A stretch of 64,000 nt of DNA, taken from assembly GCA_028534125.1 (NCBI GenBank), contig CM052817.1:44084001-44148000 (forward strand), in the 5' to 3' direction. Position numbers and translations under genes: made by a program. The notes beneath the pieces were generated by a model. The model was not told the origin of the DNA. It searched no databases and was given only the letters and a program-made list of their open reading frames with translations. Below are positions 1 through 9,710 of the stretch, piece by piece. The DNA is from Lama glama. Its lineage: Eukaryota. The first letter of the stretch is position 1; each line of letters opens with the position of its first letter.

Positions 1-344
1 GCCCAAGGTCATGAAAGGAATGAGGGGTAGATGAGAGCATTTTTTCCTAACTTAAGCTTCTGTACTAAACCCTAGGTTATGCCATCTTGTAAAACTCGCT
101 CAGTGCTAGAGAAACAAATTAGATGCATTGTTTAGGAATGTTTGTTTAACCTAAATTGCTGTTAATAAACTTAAAGAATCTGTTTCATACATTAGGAAAT
201 TATAAAGAGAAACATGATTATTTTCTGAGTAATTAGATATTTAGTGAGTTATTTTTTCAATCTGACAGTTGATTGCAGAAATGAAATTGACAACTTTAAC
301 AAGTTCAGCAAAAGATGCTTGTAAACATGATGTATTAAGGTCTT

Positions 345-1302
345 CTAGTCGATCTTTTGTTTTCGATGAAAACATTCTAGCAAAGCATTCATGTTTCCCG
401 GTATTCATTGGTGCTCATTGATCAAATCTTGAACAGCATCCTTCGTCTTTTAGGCTAATTCTTCTGTTATCTTTGGATCATATGGAATGGGGTCACCTAA
501 ATAGGTGCTTAACTTCACAGGAAGACCCCCATACATTGGAGCAAATGGATAGCTGAACTTTTCATAAAGCCACCTAAATAACCTTGTTCCTCCAAGTGAT
601 CTAAATCCTTCTCGAATATTTTTAAACATAGGAATAATGGGCACTTTCGTGTCAATTGCAACCTGAGCAAAGCTATTCCAATTACCCCAAATGATGCTGT
701 GATTTTCATGGCTAATTGGGGCTTCTCAAACTCCACCTGGTAAGATAACAAACAAGTGACCACTCCTCAGGATTTTAACACATATTTCTCTTGGACCATG
801 TAGAGCACAAGATACATCAAGTAATAAACTAAACCCTGGAATTTTAAAGACAAAGTGAACAGCTACTACTCAGCAAGTTCTACCTTTATGGATAAAAATT
901 TTAGCCATGAAGTAGTAAAAATCTACGGGAACATCTCCATGATAAAAAAAAAATCAGTGCTAGTCCTTCTGGTATATTTTCCATCCCATGAACTTCATAA
1001 CCATGCCAAACTGCTGCATTGTCCATCCCAGAGTTCCCACTGTCTTCCTCGCACCATCCCATAAATTATGAGGATAAGCTTTTAATACATTCTTCCTCTT
1101 ATAAATGTGCAAGAAAATAGTAAGGAAGAGAAGACAGGAAAGTAAGGAAGTGTTAAAAGTATTAGTGGTGTAAAAACCCACAGGAGGTAGTTTGCAAAAT
1201 TCAAGTAGTCCTCCAATTGCTCCACATCAAAGCCATTCAAGTATGTGAATCAGACAGGTCAGAGTCCTGTCCCGTACCACAGGTTTGATTTTTGTCTATC
1301 AT
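345..1302 (-). pseudogene. TMEM68: TMEM68 processed pseudogene (acyltransferase-family membrane protein), with 5'UTR to ~1505 and 3'UTR running toward the window start
   Basis: Intronless minus-strand read from ATG at 1302 (MIDKNQTCG...) through HIYKRKNVLKAY, NLWDGARKTV, PIIPMF..NIREGFRSLGGTRLFRWLYEKF and YLGDPIPYDP to TAG at 345-347. It has several frameshifts and an in-frame TAA at 450-452. A TT/AAAA L1-endonuclease-like site lies at the 5' junction (~1506-1511). Confidence 0.95.
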
Positions 1303-1649
1303 TTTTCTCTAAATGAAAATGACAAATTCAGTCTTTCTTCATCGTCATGGCAGGTCTTTAATTTTGCTACAGAAATCAGATAAATATCTTGTCCCTCGCT
1401 GCAGCGTATTATTTTTGGGCGGGAGCAGGCAGAGCTCGCCCTCACCCTGGAGCAGCGGCGAGAGCTCTTCTGTGGCTCACAGAGGGAAGTGGAGGAGAAG
1501 GTGAGTTTTAATACATCATTTGTTGACAATTTTGGCTAAGTTAACTATCTCCTGAGCCTGCTGTGATGGGTTTAAAGTCCTCCATTCTGATCAACATGAC
1601 TCTATGAGACTAGTCTCCCTACTAGGGGAGTTATTAAAACTTGGTTTAC

Positions 1650-1782
1650 GGGGGAAGGTATAGCTCAAGTGGTAGAGTGCATGCTTAGCATGCATGAGGT
1701 CCCCGGGTTCAATCCCCAGTGCCTCCTCTAAAAATAATAAACCTAATTACCTCCCCCGACAAAAACTAAAAATAAAATAAAA
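1650..1782 (+). mobile_element. tRNA-derived SINE (camelid vic-1-like)
   Basis: tRNA head with A/B boxes (tagctcaagtgg...ggttcaatcc), A-rich tail, TSD aaaacttggttt/aaaacttagttt. Confidence 0.9.
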
Positions 1783-3492
1783 ACTTAGTTTGGTAGTTTA
1801 GTTATGTTATCCTTTGTGAGCAGTGTTGCTGTCAATCCAGCCTCAACTGAAGCAAACTCATTTGTCGTATTAGAAACTGAGCCCTTGATGTACTGGCGCT
1901 CAGCATTCCTTCTGCATAACGTTTAGTGCAGTAGGTCATACTTCACTCTCTCGGTAACACCTGTCATTCTGGTTGTAATTTTTGAGTCACTGATTTTAAA
2001 ATGTATTTTAAAAATATAAAATTGCTATTTCTTCCCTTTTTGATTATGTCTGTCAGAATATAATTTTATGTCTAAGTCTAATAAGATCTGGCTTATTTCC
2101 CTGATAACTTTTACTGTCTTTTATGAAGTCTGGTCCATAACAGATTAGAAACAAACTAGTCCTGTGCCAGCTGGCCTGAGAGGCACTTGTCTGGGCCGCC
2201 CCAGCCTTGTAACTCATGATAACGTTACTGCTTAGAAGGTTAATCGTCGCACTCCTGTCATCCCATTAGGTCCAGGTTTTAAAACTTCCACTTGAAAATA
2301 AGAAAGTATATTGAGAGAGAGGGGTTTTTCAAGACCAATCAGAAACCAGTGTTCAGGGCCCCAAGCCAGCCCCAAATTTCCAGCTCTACCATCCTCAGAT
2401 ATCTTAAGCAAATGAGAACAGAGCAACTAGCCTTGGGTGGGAGGCAGAGAAGGATGGTGTTGATAAATATCAATGCCAACGCTGAGCATCACCCTGGGGT
2501 AAGAGACCAGACACAGAAAGGCCCAAACCATGAAGACTGTGGCAAATGTGTCTCAAAGTAAGGCCACAGGGAGATGACCTAACAAAGTCTAACCTCAGCC
2601 TCACGTTTGTGGAAACTTGGCCTCTGTTCCAGGGTTAAAAACAGGGTCTTGCTAGTTAAGATAGGGCACAACCACCAACTAGAGCTTTAAATACATCCTC
2701 CAACAGGGGGCACTTGGCAACCACAGAAAAAGGAAAGCCTGACTAACTTGTAAAACCCTGACTGCTTTTGCTAATTTGCCGGAAAATTTGGGACTGAAAG
2801 TGTGAATACTCCCACTGAAGAGGGAACGCTTTCCCGTAGTGGCATAGATGCAGGGAGACATTTTTAATTGAAGCCAGCCAGAAGATCCTTGTCTTCTGGA
2901 AGACTGTATAAAACTGAGGATAGGTAAGCCATGGCTTTCTGCTGAGCTGGTTAGAAACAGTTACCCAAGCCCTCTTAGGACAAGAGGTTCATAGCTATGG
3001 AACTTTGTAATGTCCAGAGCCTGATGTCTCTTGACCCACTTCGGAGAGTTTCTCACATTGTTAGTCTCCTCATCCTGAGGGCTGTCTCCTAGTGTCCCTC
3101 GTCCTGGGACTGCACCTCTAGCAGTCAGATACCGAAGATTCAGGAAGAAGCAAGTTAGGAGTCCATCTTAGAATATGGCAGCTACTTAAGGTGGTGAGTT
3201 TAGTGTGGAAGAATTGGTGAGAACAAGTGACACCGAAACACAGATCTCAACTCATGCTACTTGATGTGCAGTTAATAACATGTGTCTTACTATCTTGTCT
3301 ATAATCTTTGAATGCAAGGGAACCATGTTACAAGAGCAAAGCAAGAGTTTTCTGGGTTTTAAGTTTGTTTAAGAGAAATCTAAGCTTAAAATTACCCAAC
3401 AACCTTGCTTTTCTGGCTTCTCTTCCCCTGATACTTGGCAGTTGGGAGAATCCAAAGTCAGTGATGAGTTTAGAGACACGAATCTCCCTTAG

Positions 3493-4039
3493 TTTTTTTT
3501 TTTTTTTTTATTGAAGTATAGTCAGTTTACAATGTGGTGTCAATTTCTGGTGCACAGCACAATATTTCAGTTACATAGGAACATACATACATTCGTTCTC
3601 ACATTCTTCACCATAGGTTACTACAAGATACTGAATATGGGTCCCTGTGCTATACAGTATGAACTTGTTCATCTATTATATATATTAGTATCTTCAAATT
3701 TCAAACTCCCAATGTATCCCCTTCCCCTACTCCCAGCCCAGTAACCATAAGTTTTTATGTCTGAGTCTGTTTTGTAAATAAGTTTTTTTTTTTTAGATTC
3801 CACATAAGTGATATCATGTTGTATTTTCCTCTCTTTCTGGCTTACTTCACTTAGAATGACATTTTCCAGGTTCATCCATGTTGCTGCAAAAGGCATTATT
3901 TTATTATTTTTTTATGGCTGAGTAGTTTCCATTGTATAAGTATACCACAACTTCTTTATGCAGTCATCTCTCGATGGGCATTTAGGTTGTTTCCATGTCT
4001 TGGCTATTGTAAATAGTGCTGCTATGAACACTGGGGTGT
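3493..4039 (-). mobile_element. 5'-truncated young L1 (3'UTR and ORF2 end) inserted into EBLL copy 1
   Basis: Poly(T) at 3493, L1 ORF2 C-terminal peptide MPFAATWMNLENVILSEVSQ, TSD ccttagt on both sides. Confidence 0.92.
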
Positions 4040-4499
4040 TCCTTAGTCTTTATAAACTTATGCATGCTCTGCCTTTCCAGTATTAGAACAAAGTAGACAC
4101 TTGATTCATGAAGGGTTGAGATTTATCAGAAAGGCATAGAAATAGAGCTACAAGATTGTTACCTAGGAGAAAAAAAAGACATCCTAAAAAGGAAATAAAG
4201 GAAACAGCTAGAATATTGAAATAAAGTGGTCAAAAGACTAGATAGAGGCCCCTGTGGAGACCCAGAACTATTTTACTAGGACTGAAGTCAGAGGAGTTAA
4301 ACAAGCAAGCTGGAGAGGAAGACAAGGTCATTAAGCGAAACAACTGAGTTAGTTACTTGGTAAAACAAAGTGCAGGGTGTTAACCACCCATTCATAAAGA
4401 AGTAGAGTAGAAGGTATTGACAGTAAGATGAGTCAGGGGATGAGGAAGGCATTTCCACAACCATCCCATCACCTCTTCATGCAGTAAAGGTAAGTATCT

Positions 4500-4597
4500 A
4501 GCTTTGGAACAAGACTTGGGGTTCAAGCCCCAGTACCTCTTATATATGAGGCTTTGGGCAGTTAGCCTCTAAGCGTCCTCTATAGAAATTTTAAACT
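4500..4597 (+). mobile_element. MIR fragment within EBLL copy 1
   Basis: ctttggaacaagacttggggttcaagccccagtacc...tttgggcagtta resembles the MIR tRNA/core region; L-like peptides continue on both sides. Confidence 0.6.
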
Positions 4598-5431
4598 GTC
4601 TAGGGCTGAGTAGTTGAGATTCATTTTATCTGGCAGTGAGCCAGTACTTAAATGCCTTCTCAGATAAGTCGGTAGAAGTAGAAACTGACTGTTGTAATAT
4701 CTCCAGTAAGATATTTTTACATCAGTTCTAGTTTATCAGGTGACAGGTACTACTTGCTTCACTGAATCAGTGGTGTTAAGTGAACCTAAATTTTCCTATT
4801 GAGAATTAAATATATGTATGGGTTAATCATGTGTGACCAACAGCAGCCCTTAACTGGTTTATTGAAACAGCCAGGAGATCTTAGACGGAGTTAAGTCCCC
4901 CCAAAATAGAGGGAAAGACAGCAAGGTATGTTCCAAGTTATGACAGATTTATTCCACCTTTTACGTCTATTTGGTTTTTTAGTCTGATGCAGACGTGGAC
5001 ATGACTAAGCTCATGACATTTAACCAGTCATCTGGCCACACCAAGAGCTTCCGCTCACATGATGGTAGGAGTGCCACATTACCCACAGTTGACACTTGAG
5101 TCAGTGTACACTGGAGCTGGGTAAGCAGACTGAACTTTGGTACAGGAAGTGACTGTTGTTCCCCTAAGATGTCTAGCTTCCTGCTGAGCGAGACAGGAAT
5201 GGCATCCACCTGATTATGTGTAGTTTTGGTTTGAGATTCAGATCATATTTGTGATACCTAACCCCTAACTAGGATATTCAGTATTAGATGAAAGAGTTGC
5301 TCTGTAGGCGGGTTATAGCAAGTCATTCTAAGGGCAGTTTAATTGTATATGTAAAGACATTTAACCTAAGACGAACAGTTTCCTAGGTTGATACTGAGGA
5401 AGTGACAATCTCTAGGTTGTCTTTTTTCCTT

Positions 5432-5532
5432 ATGAAAATAGCTATCCCATAAGAGTTACTGCTAAAGAATCAACCCGTGCACGTGAAGCATTCAGAACAG
5501 TGGTATAAAGGCTTAGCTACTGTTGTTATTGA
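5432..5532 (+). mobile_element. MIR 3' fragment within EBLL copy 1
   Basis: ctatcccataagagttactg...tgcacgtgaagcattcagaacagtg...ttagctactgttgttatt matches the MIR 3' end. Confidence 0.7.
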
Positions 5533-5724
5533 CCTAGTATTGTTTGCCCATTCATATTCAGTTTATAGTTAGTCAGGACCCTGATCTGCTGTTCAAGTAA
5601 CCACCATGGCCCCATATATTTGAACAATGAACAGGTGTATAAGACTAAAAAATTTATGCCTGGAAAACGGGGAGCCAGTACCATCAATACCTACTAGAAT
5701 TTAAAGCAAAATGGTCAAGATGGG

Positions 5725-7090
5725 TTAAGGATAGGGATTATAACATGAACATGAGGTCAAGAGATGTGTGGGGAAAGTGGTAAGATTAGACAAGACCGTA
5801 AGTATAAGGACAAGAATGGAGTGGGGTAGGGTATAGCTCAGTGGTGGAGTGCATGCTTAGCATGCACAAGGTCCTGGGTTCAATCCCCAGTACTTCCGTT
5901 AAAATAAAACTGGTTACCTTCCTGCCCCCAAAAAGAGATAAAAGTAAAAAGTTTTTAAAAATAAGCATGAGATTGGAACCAAGAGAACCCTAGAAAGAAC
6001 CCCAGCAAGAGAGGCCCTATACCACGGATCCAGGCTGTTTCTAAGGAAGATCTCTGCTTTGAACTGACCCCTAAAAAGCAGGATAACTTCAAGTTACATG
6101 AAACCTAGTAGAAATGTGAGCACATCCTGCATTCTGCAAGGAATTCATCAAGTACTGAAGATAAACGTGGCCTCCTCAACCTGAAGAGCCTCCCACGTGT
6201 TACTGAGAACATGAACATTGCATAGATTTGGGGGATGCACGTGGCATTGTTTCAATAGTCCTACTTAAGTTCATCTGGGAATTTGTGTCATCTATCAATC
6301 TGATTAATCTAACTCACCCCTGTGAGAAGTACGGGAACCTTTAAGTAACATTCTAAAATACACCCAATTCCAACAGCAGGGATGGAGAACAAGGCGCACA
6401 ACAGCTATCCCTTCAGGAAGCTTCCAAACTCCACTTCTGAACAGGTGGATCTGTAAGTTGTTAGTAAGTCCCCGTAGAACTGCTGGTTGGACATCCCGGC
6501 TATCAACCAAGTTATGAAATTCAGGCGATTCATTTAGTACCTGATTATAAACAAGACTTTCAGATTTGTAAACATCTAAGAAAAAAGCTCTGAATCCTGT
6601 ATGACTTTCATCATCTGAGGAAATTTATTACCAGACAGGGTCATTACCAATTTACGCAGATCTTGTAAATTCTTGGACAAAGTAAAATAGCCACTGGACT
6701 TCATCTGTTAGCATTACCTGACTGATAACAAACTGGCCATCTGACAGCTATGACTGCAGCAGGTTGTTTCTCACAGCCTGCTAAGTGTTGAATCAAGTCA
6801 GATACCAGTCAGTTTCCCCAAGTCTGCAGCCTTTGCCTATTGCTGGGTTTAGGTATTTACATCAACCGGTGGTTTCAAGAGGCAAGGGAAATTACGTAAG
6901 ATTACATGTGTAAGAACTGGCTTCAACTGAGTCACATGGCTCCGGCCACTCTTGGATTCCATGTTTGAGAATCACATTATACGGGCTCAAGACCACAGTT
7001 GGCACTTGCAGACTCATTTTAGACAATTGAGTATTGATGGACTGGTGGCCAAAGTTTAGCTTAAGACAGACTTCCAATGTTTTTCCTAAG
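5725..7090 (-). pseudogene. EBLG, bornavirus glycoprotein remnant (copy 1), split by a SINE just before the transmembrane segment
   Basis: WPEPCDSVEASSYTCNLT/WFYCCSAITTEICRCSIT (6948-6895), LSDG/LSDG (6747), EFTRSA*IGN/EFRRSYSLTN (6672), RDVQ/RDTQ (6498, furin-site junction), SFLKG*L/QFLRSWL (6422), GIGCILEC/GVGVVWQC (6371), LDEFLA/LEEFEA (6152), WIRGIGPLLLGFFLGFSW/WVHIGLPSFAFLNPLGW (6032), then hydrophobic SILVLILTVL after the SINE. Confidence 0.9.
5823..5962 (+). mobile_element. vic-1-like SINE inserted in EBLG
   Basis: tRNA head (gtatagctcagtggtggagtgc...gggttcaatcccc) and A-rich tail. Confidence 0.9.
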
Positions 7091-7395
7091 ACTGGATTGA
7101 GGGGACCCACTGCTATTCTATGAAATTTGAACTTTTCCAAATAATTTTTGGAAGGACACACGAAGTGCTGCCTATAAGAACAGTAAGTTCTCAGAGGCTA
7201 AGGCAACTTGACAGATTAGAGAAACTCTTCAGTTACCACGAACTGTTAGTTGCCTCTCTAAGAGCGTAACTGCTGGTGCCCCACAAAGTGAAGGAAACAG
7301 CGCTGGCATCACGATTGGCTCCTAGTCACAAGTCAGCCTGCTTGTGGGCCAAGCTCACTGGTTAGGAGCTCACTTGGAAAGTGCTTTAAGTATTA
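7070..7395 (-). pseudogene. EBLM, bornavirus matrix protein remnant
   Basis: KHFPSEL/KHSYVEL (7386), AWPTSRLTCD/GWPTLMLEID (7354), *EPIVMP/KEPLQLP (7321), N*QFVVTEEFL/NIYFQIDDFL (7230), PLRTYCSYR/PIRKYMFLR (7197), FKFHRIAVGPLNP/YRLRNIGVGPLGP (to 7093). Confidence 0.9.
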
Positions 7396-7409
7396 TACAG
7401 TTTAAAACT

Positions 7410-8123
7410 AAGCCAGACAAAGCCACAGGCTGTACTTGAGATTCTTCATTACCTTCACTTTCAGTCACACAAGAAAATCTAGCATCATAGAGAGGCAGTG
7501 AGGAGAAAGCATCTTAGCTTCCAGATCAAAAGGAGTTATCAACCCAGCTTCCTCATATGTAGTGGGGTTACAAACACCTCTTATAAGCTTAACATGTAAT
7601 GTGGGGGGGGGCTTTTTTTTCTTTTTCAGTTTTATTAGGTAGAATTGTTAGTTTGACTGCACATAAACATTATATTGCATGTAAATACATGTATACAATA
7701 CACTGCAGCTTTTTAGTTTCCATATGTGTACTGATCATTTCTAAGAACAGATTAGAGCATTAGCGTTTTAAACTATAAGCTTAAGGCATAATTCTTAACT
7801 AAGGATATACTCAAGATACTTAGCAACCAAATCAGTGATGTTGTAGTAGTAATAGTGCCACCACATGATGAGTATAGTTATTCCAAAGTGTTTTTATAAC
7901 TCCAAGTCATTCGATGAGTTTTATAGTATAGTTACTTGTCACTGAGTCATTCTCTCACCTAGCTATGATTTAAGGACGCTATTACCTGCAGATGAATTCT
8001 CCATTGGCCTAATGATCCTTAGATCTCTGAAGATCTATTGCACCTAGAGGGTGGCAGGGCATTCCACACACAAGATGTGACAGTCCCTGTCTGCATGCCA
8101 GCAGTCAACATGAGGTCTAGACT
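7410..8123 (-). pseudogene. EBLX/EBLP, bornavirus X and phosphoprotein remnant, with an insertion at ~7600-7870
   Basis: X start SLDLMLT/SSDLRLT (8123-8103). P anchors: WNAL/RNAL (8063), Q*IFRDLR/DQLLKDLR (8040-8017), RE*LSDK*L/REQLSNDEL (7955-7929), KLIE*L/KLVTEL (~7920), EEAGL/IEAGF (7551). Confidence 0.75.
7610..7870 (-). mobile_element. Poly(A)-tailed retroposed fragment (old L1 3' end or mRNA 3'UTR) inserted in EBLP
   Basis: Minus-strand AATAAA followed by an A-tail at ~7613-7636; AT-rich with no viral peptide match. Family not identified. Confidence 0.4.
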
Positions 8124-8890
8124 TAAGTCTGTACCACCACCCCACCTGAAAATCCCACTAGTCTTTTGTGCCCTTCAGCCTCACCACAGCTCTTTGACCT
8201 AGGTCAGAGGAACCAACACCCTTCTCTCCTCCACCTTCTTGCTCCAAAGAGAAAAGCTTCCCCTTGGCAAAATGAGATACCACCAGTGAATATAAACATC
8301 TTGTGGAAAGCCAGGCCAACTGTACTCAATTCTAATCCAGGTTGGATCAGTTTAACTAGAAAGTGTTGAGTAAGTTGTGTTGCAAACAGAAGGATTTCCC
8401 CTACTCTCTAAAGGAAACTTGGTTCAGTCTGGTTTTACATTGGTCCTTATACAGACATCATCTCAGGTCTTAAGTCACCTGAGAAGTTCTACATTCCTGT
8501 TGGCTTATAAGGAGCCTCAACATAACCCATCACTGAAAAGCACACTGAGTGTAATGTGTCACTCAATAGTAAGAGGTGTGGTTCCTCCACCAAAAGGAGC
8601 CTCTAGCATGTTTTGAAGAGCGGAGGAGTGGAGGGTGGAGAGGGAGGCCCTGGCAAGGTAGATATTAAGTGCTTAAGTACTTGATCTCTAAGTTACCAAT
8701 TCAAGCTGGAAAACAGTCAAAGTTATCAAAGCACTACTTGTGGTATTCTTCCAGTGTCCTGTACATAGAATAGGCGGGAGTTAGCAAGGTAAGCTGTAGA
8801 ATGTGCACTTTGGGTACACATGGTATAGAAGATTCCAGGGCAAAGTTTGCCAGCCATAATCAAAGTGACAGCTAGGGGTGTGGAAGACAT
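8124..8890 (-). pseudogene. EBLN, bornavirus nucleoprotein remnant
   Basis: ATG at 8890 in frame with KLCPGIFYT/KLPGKFLQYT (8839). Further anchors: YLST/YLST (8679-8668), TTYSTL/TTYTTI (8378-8361), HKMFIFTGGI/HADLFPFLGAI (~8305), WSKK/WSKK (8246-8235), IFRWGGGTDL/IMRMIGVTGL (8153-8124). Confidence 0.87.
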
Positions 8891-9134
8891 TGCTGATGTA
8901 GGATGGTGTTAAACACAAAGGCAGTCATTCTAACAAAGTCCAAGTAAACAATCTAAGTGGTTCCAATGTTCTGGCTCCTGGGAACTTCCCTCTTGAAAGG
9001 CTGGCACTCAGTTGACAGCAATACTGAAACTACATTCTACATAAGTCATTTTAGACTAGTGTCTCTAAAACAGATGGCAAATCAAGTTGAACAGTATGCC
9101 CCAAAGTTACCTTTTCTTTCATTTAATTCAACAT

Positions 9135-9365
9135 AACTCACCACTAGCCACTGAACATTTGAGAGGGTGCTACACTTATGTGCTCTCAGTTTAAAATGCA
9201 TACCAGACCTCAAAAAAGTATATAAGCTCATTATTTTACATGTTGAAATGTATTTTATTTACTGGGTTAACGTTAAATTTCACTTTTTTTTAATGGGGCT
9301 ACAACACTTAGTTATGTATGTGGCTTGTACTTGTGTTTTTCATGTGTCTTGAATAGCACCATTCT
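9135..9365. mobile_element. MER33/MER3-like hAT-Charlie MITE, decayed
   Basis: ccactagccactgaacatttga...ttacatgttgaaatg...tatgtggct motifs of MER33. Confidence 0.65.
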
Positions 9366-9710
9366 AAAGTTCCCTAATAATTCTCTATGAAGAATGTACA
9401 GAGAACTTTGATCTAGAACTTTTCCACATACACTAGTTCAGTAGAAGTTGAGGGTTCTTTGAGATGAGAGCACTGTTTCAGAGAAGTAGAGATCACAGTA
9501 TTGTTCTGTTTCCACATCCCATCTCCTACCTGGAAGCTCCTAACCCCCAAAGATCAAAGAATCTTCAGGTGATTATTGCTTGTCCTTTAATTGACCACGG
9601 CTAAACATCCCTCCAAATTCACCAAACTGCTTCAGACACCTCACAAGTAGTAATACCTACTAAAAGCCATCCTTGGCTTTTCTATGCTTTCCTCTCTATC
9701 ACAAAACTTA

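Larger units (their letters stand above)
2100..5700 (-). pseudogene. EBLL, bornavirus L polymerase remnant (copy 1), interrupted by an L1 and two MIR fragments
   Basis: Observed/BoDV-1 anchors in order: VGIDGT/AGINRT (5694-5677), NPPTEQLFHLILNI/NLPHDDYFTIIKSI (~5313-5272), VALLPSCERKL/VHLLPGCDKSI (5077-5045), NKSVIT/DKAIIS (4953-4936), WLFQ*/WVFEY (4873), LSPDKLEL/LVPKEKEL (4746-4723), YFFMNGWLTPC/YFFRTGCTLPC (4404-4372), SLLTTL/SLLTTL (4239-4222), LITD/LVTD (3468), KPEKQGCW/RPERQIRRW (3419-3396), MVPL/MMPL (3326), LTARGAVP/LTTRGDQP (3128-3105), EYSHFQ/DYTIHFQ (2811-2794), EAEV/DAEV (2602), LSVSGLLP/FSVSDMQKLP (2520), ICY/VCY (~2140). Confidence 0.9.
2100..8890 (-). other. Endogenous bornavirus-like element copy 1: near-complete decayed genome N-X/P-M-G-L
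   Basis: More than 40 colinear peptide anchors to BoDV-1 N, X, P, M, G and L (recalled from memory), all on the minus strand and in viral gene order; see sub-features. The 3' boundary is approximate, with weak L-like matches perhaps to ~1800. Confidence 0.88.

Noticed and set aside
1650..1725. tRNA gene
   Set aside because: It has a SINE tail, TSDs and several diverged copies in the window, so it is a SINE head.
4050..4500. Initially read as an L2 remnant
   Set aside because: The minus strand gives precise L-polymerase anchors (YFF..G...PC, SLLTTL).
6570..6650. CUB-domain-like peptide SDDESHTGFRAFF on the minus strand
   Set aside because: No flanking CUB cysteines or exon structure; it lies within EBLG.
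6000..7059. Plus-strand reading resembling bornavirus N (PVSFPKSAAFAYCW, CILQGIH) or filovirus NP
   Set aside because: The spacings are inconsistent, and the same DNA is explained far better as minus-strand G lying between M and L. Treated as chance similarity.
7865..7945. C/D-box snoRNA-like ATGATGA...CTGA
   Set aside because: No terminal stem and no host intron; it overlaps the P remnant on the other strand.
8661..8688. 28-bp imperfect palindrome containing an AAGTGCT seed
   Set aside because: Too short and loopless for a pre-miRNA; it coincides with the N YLST codons.
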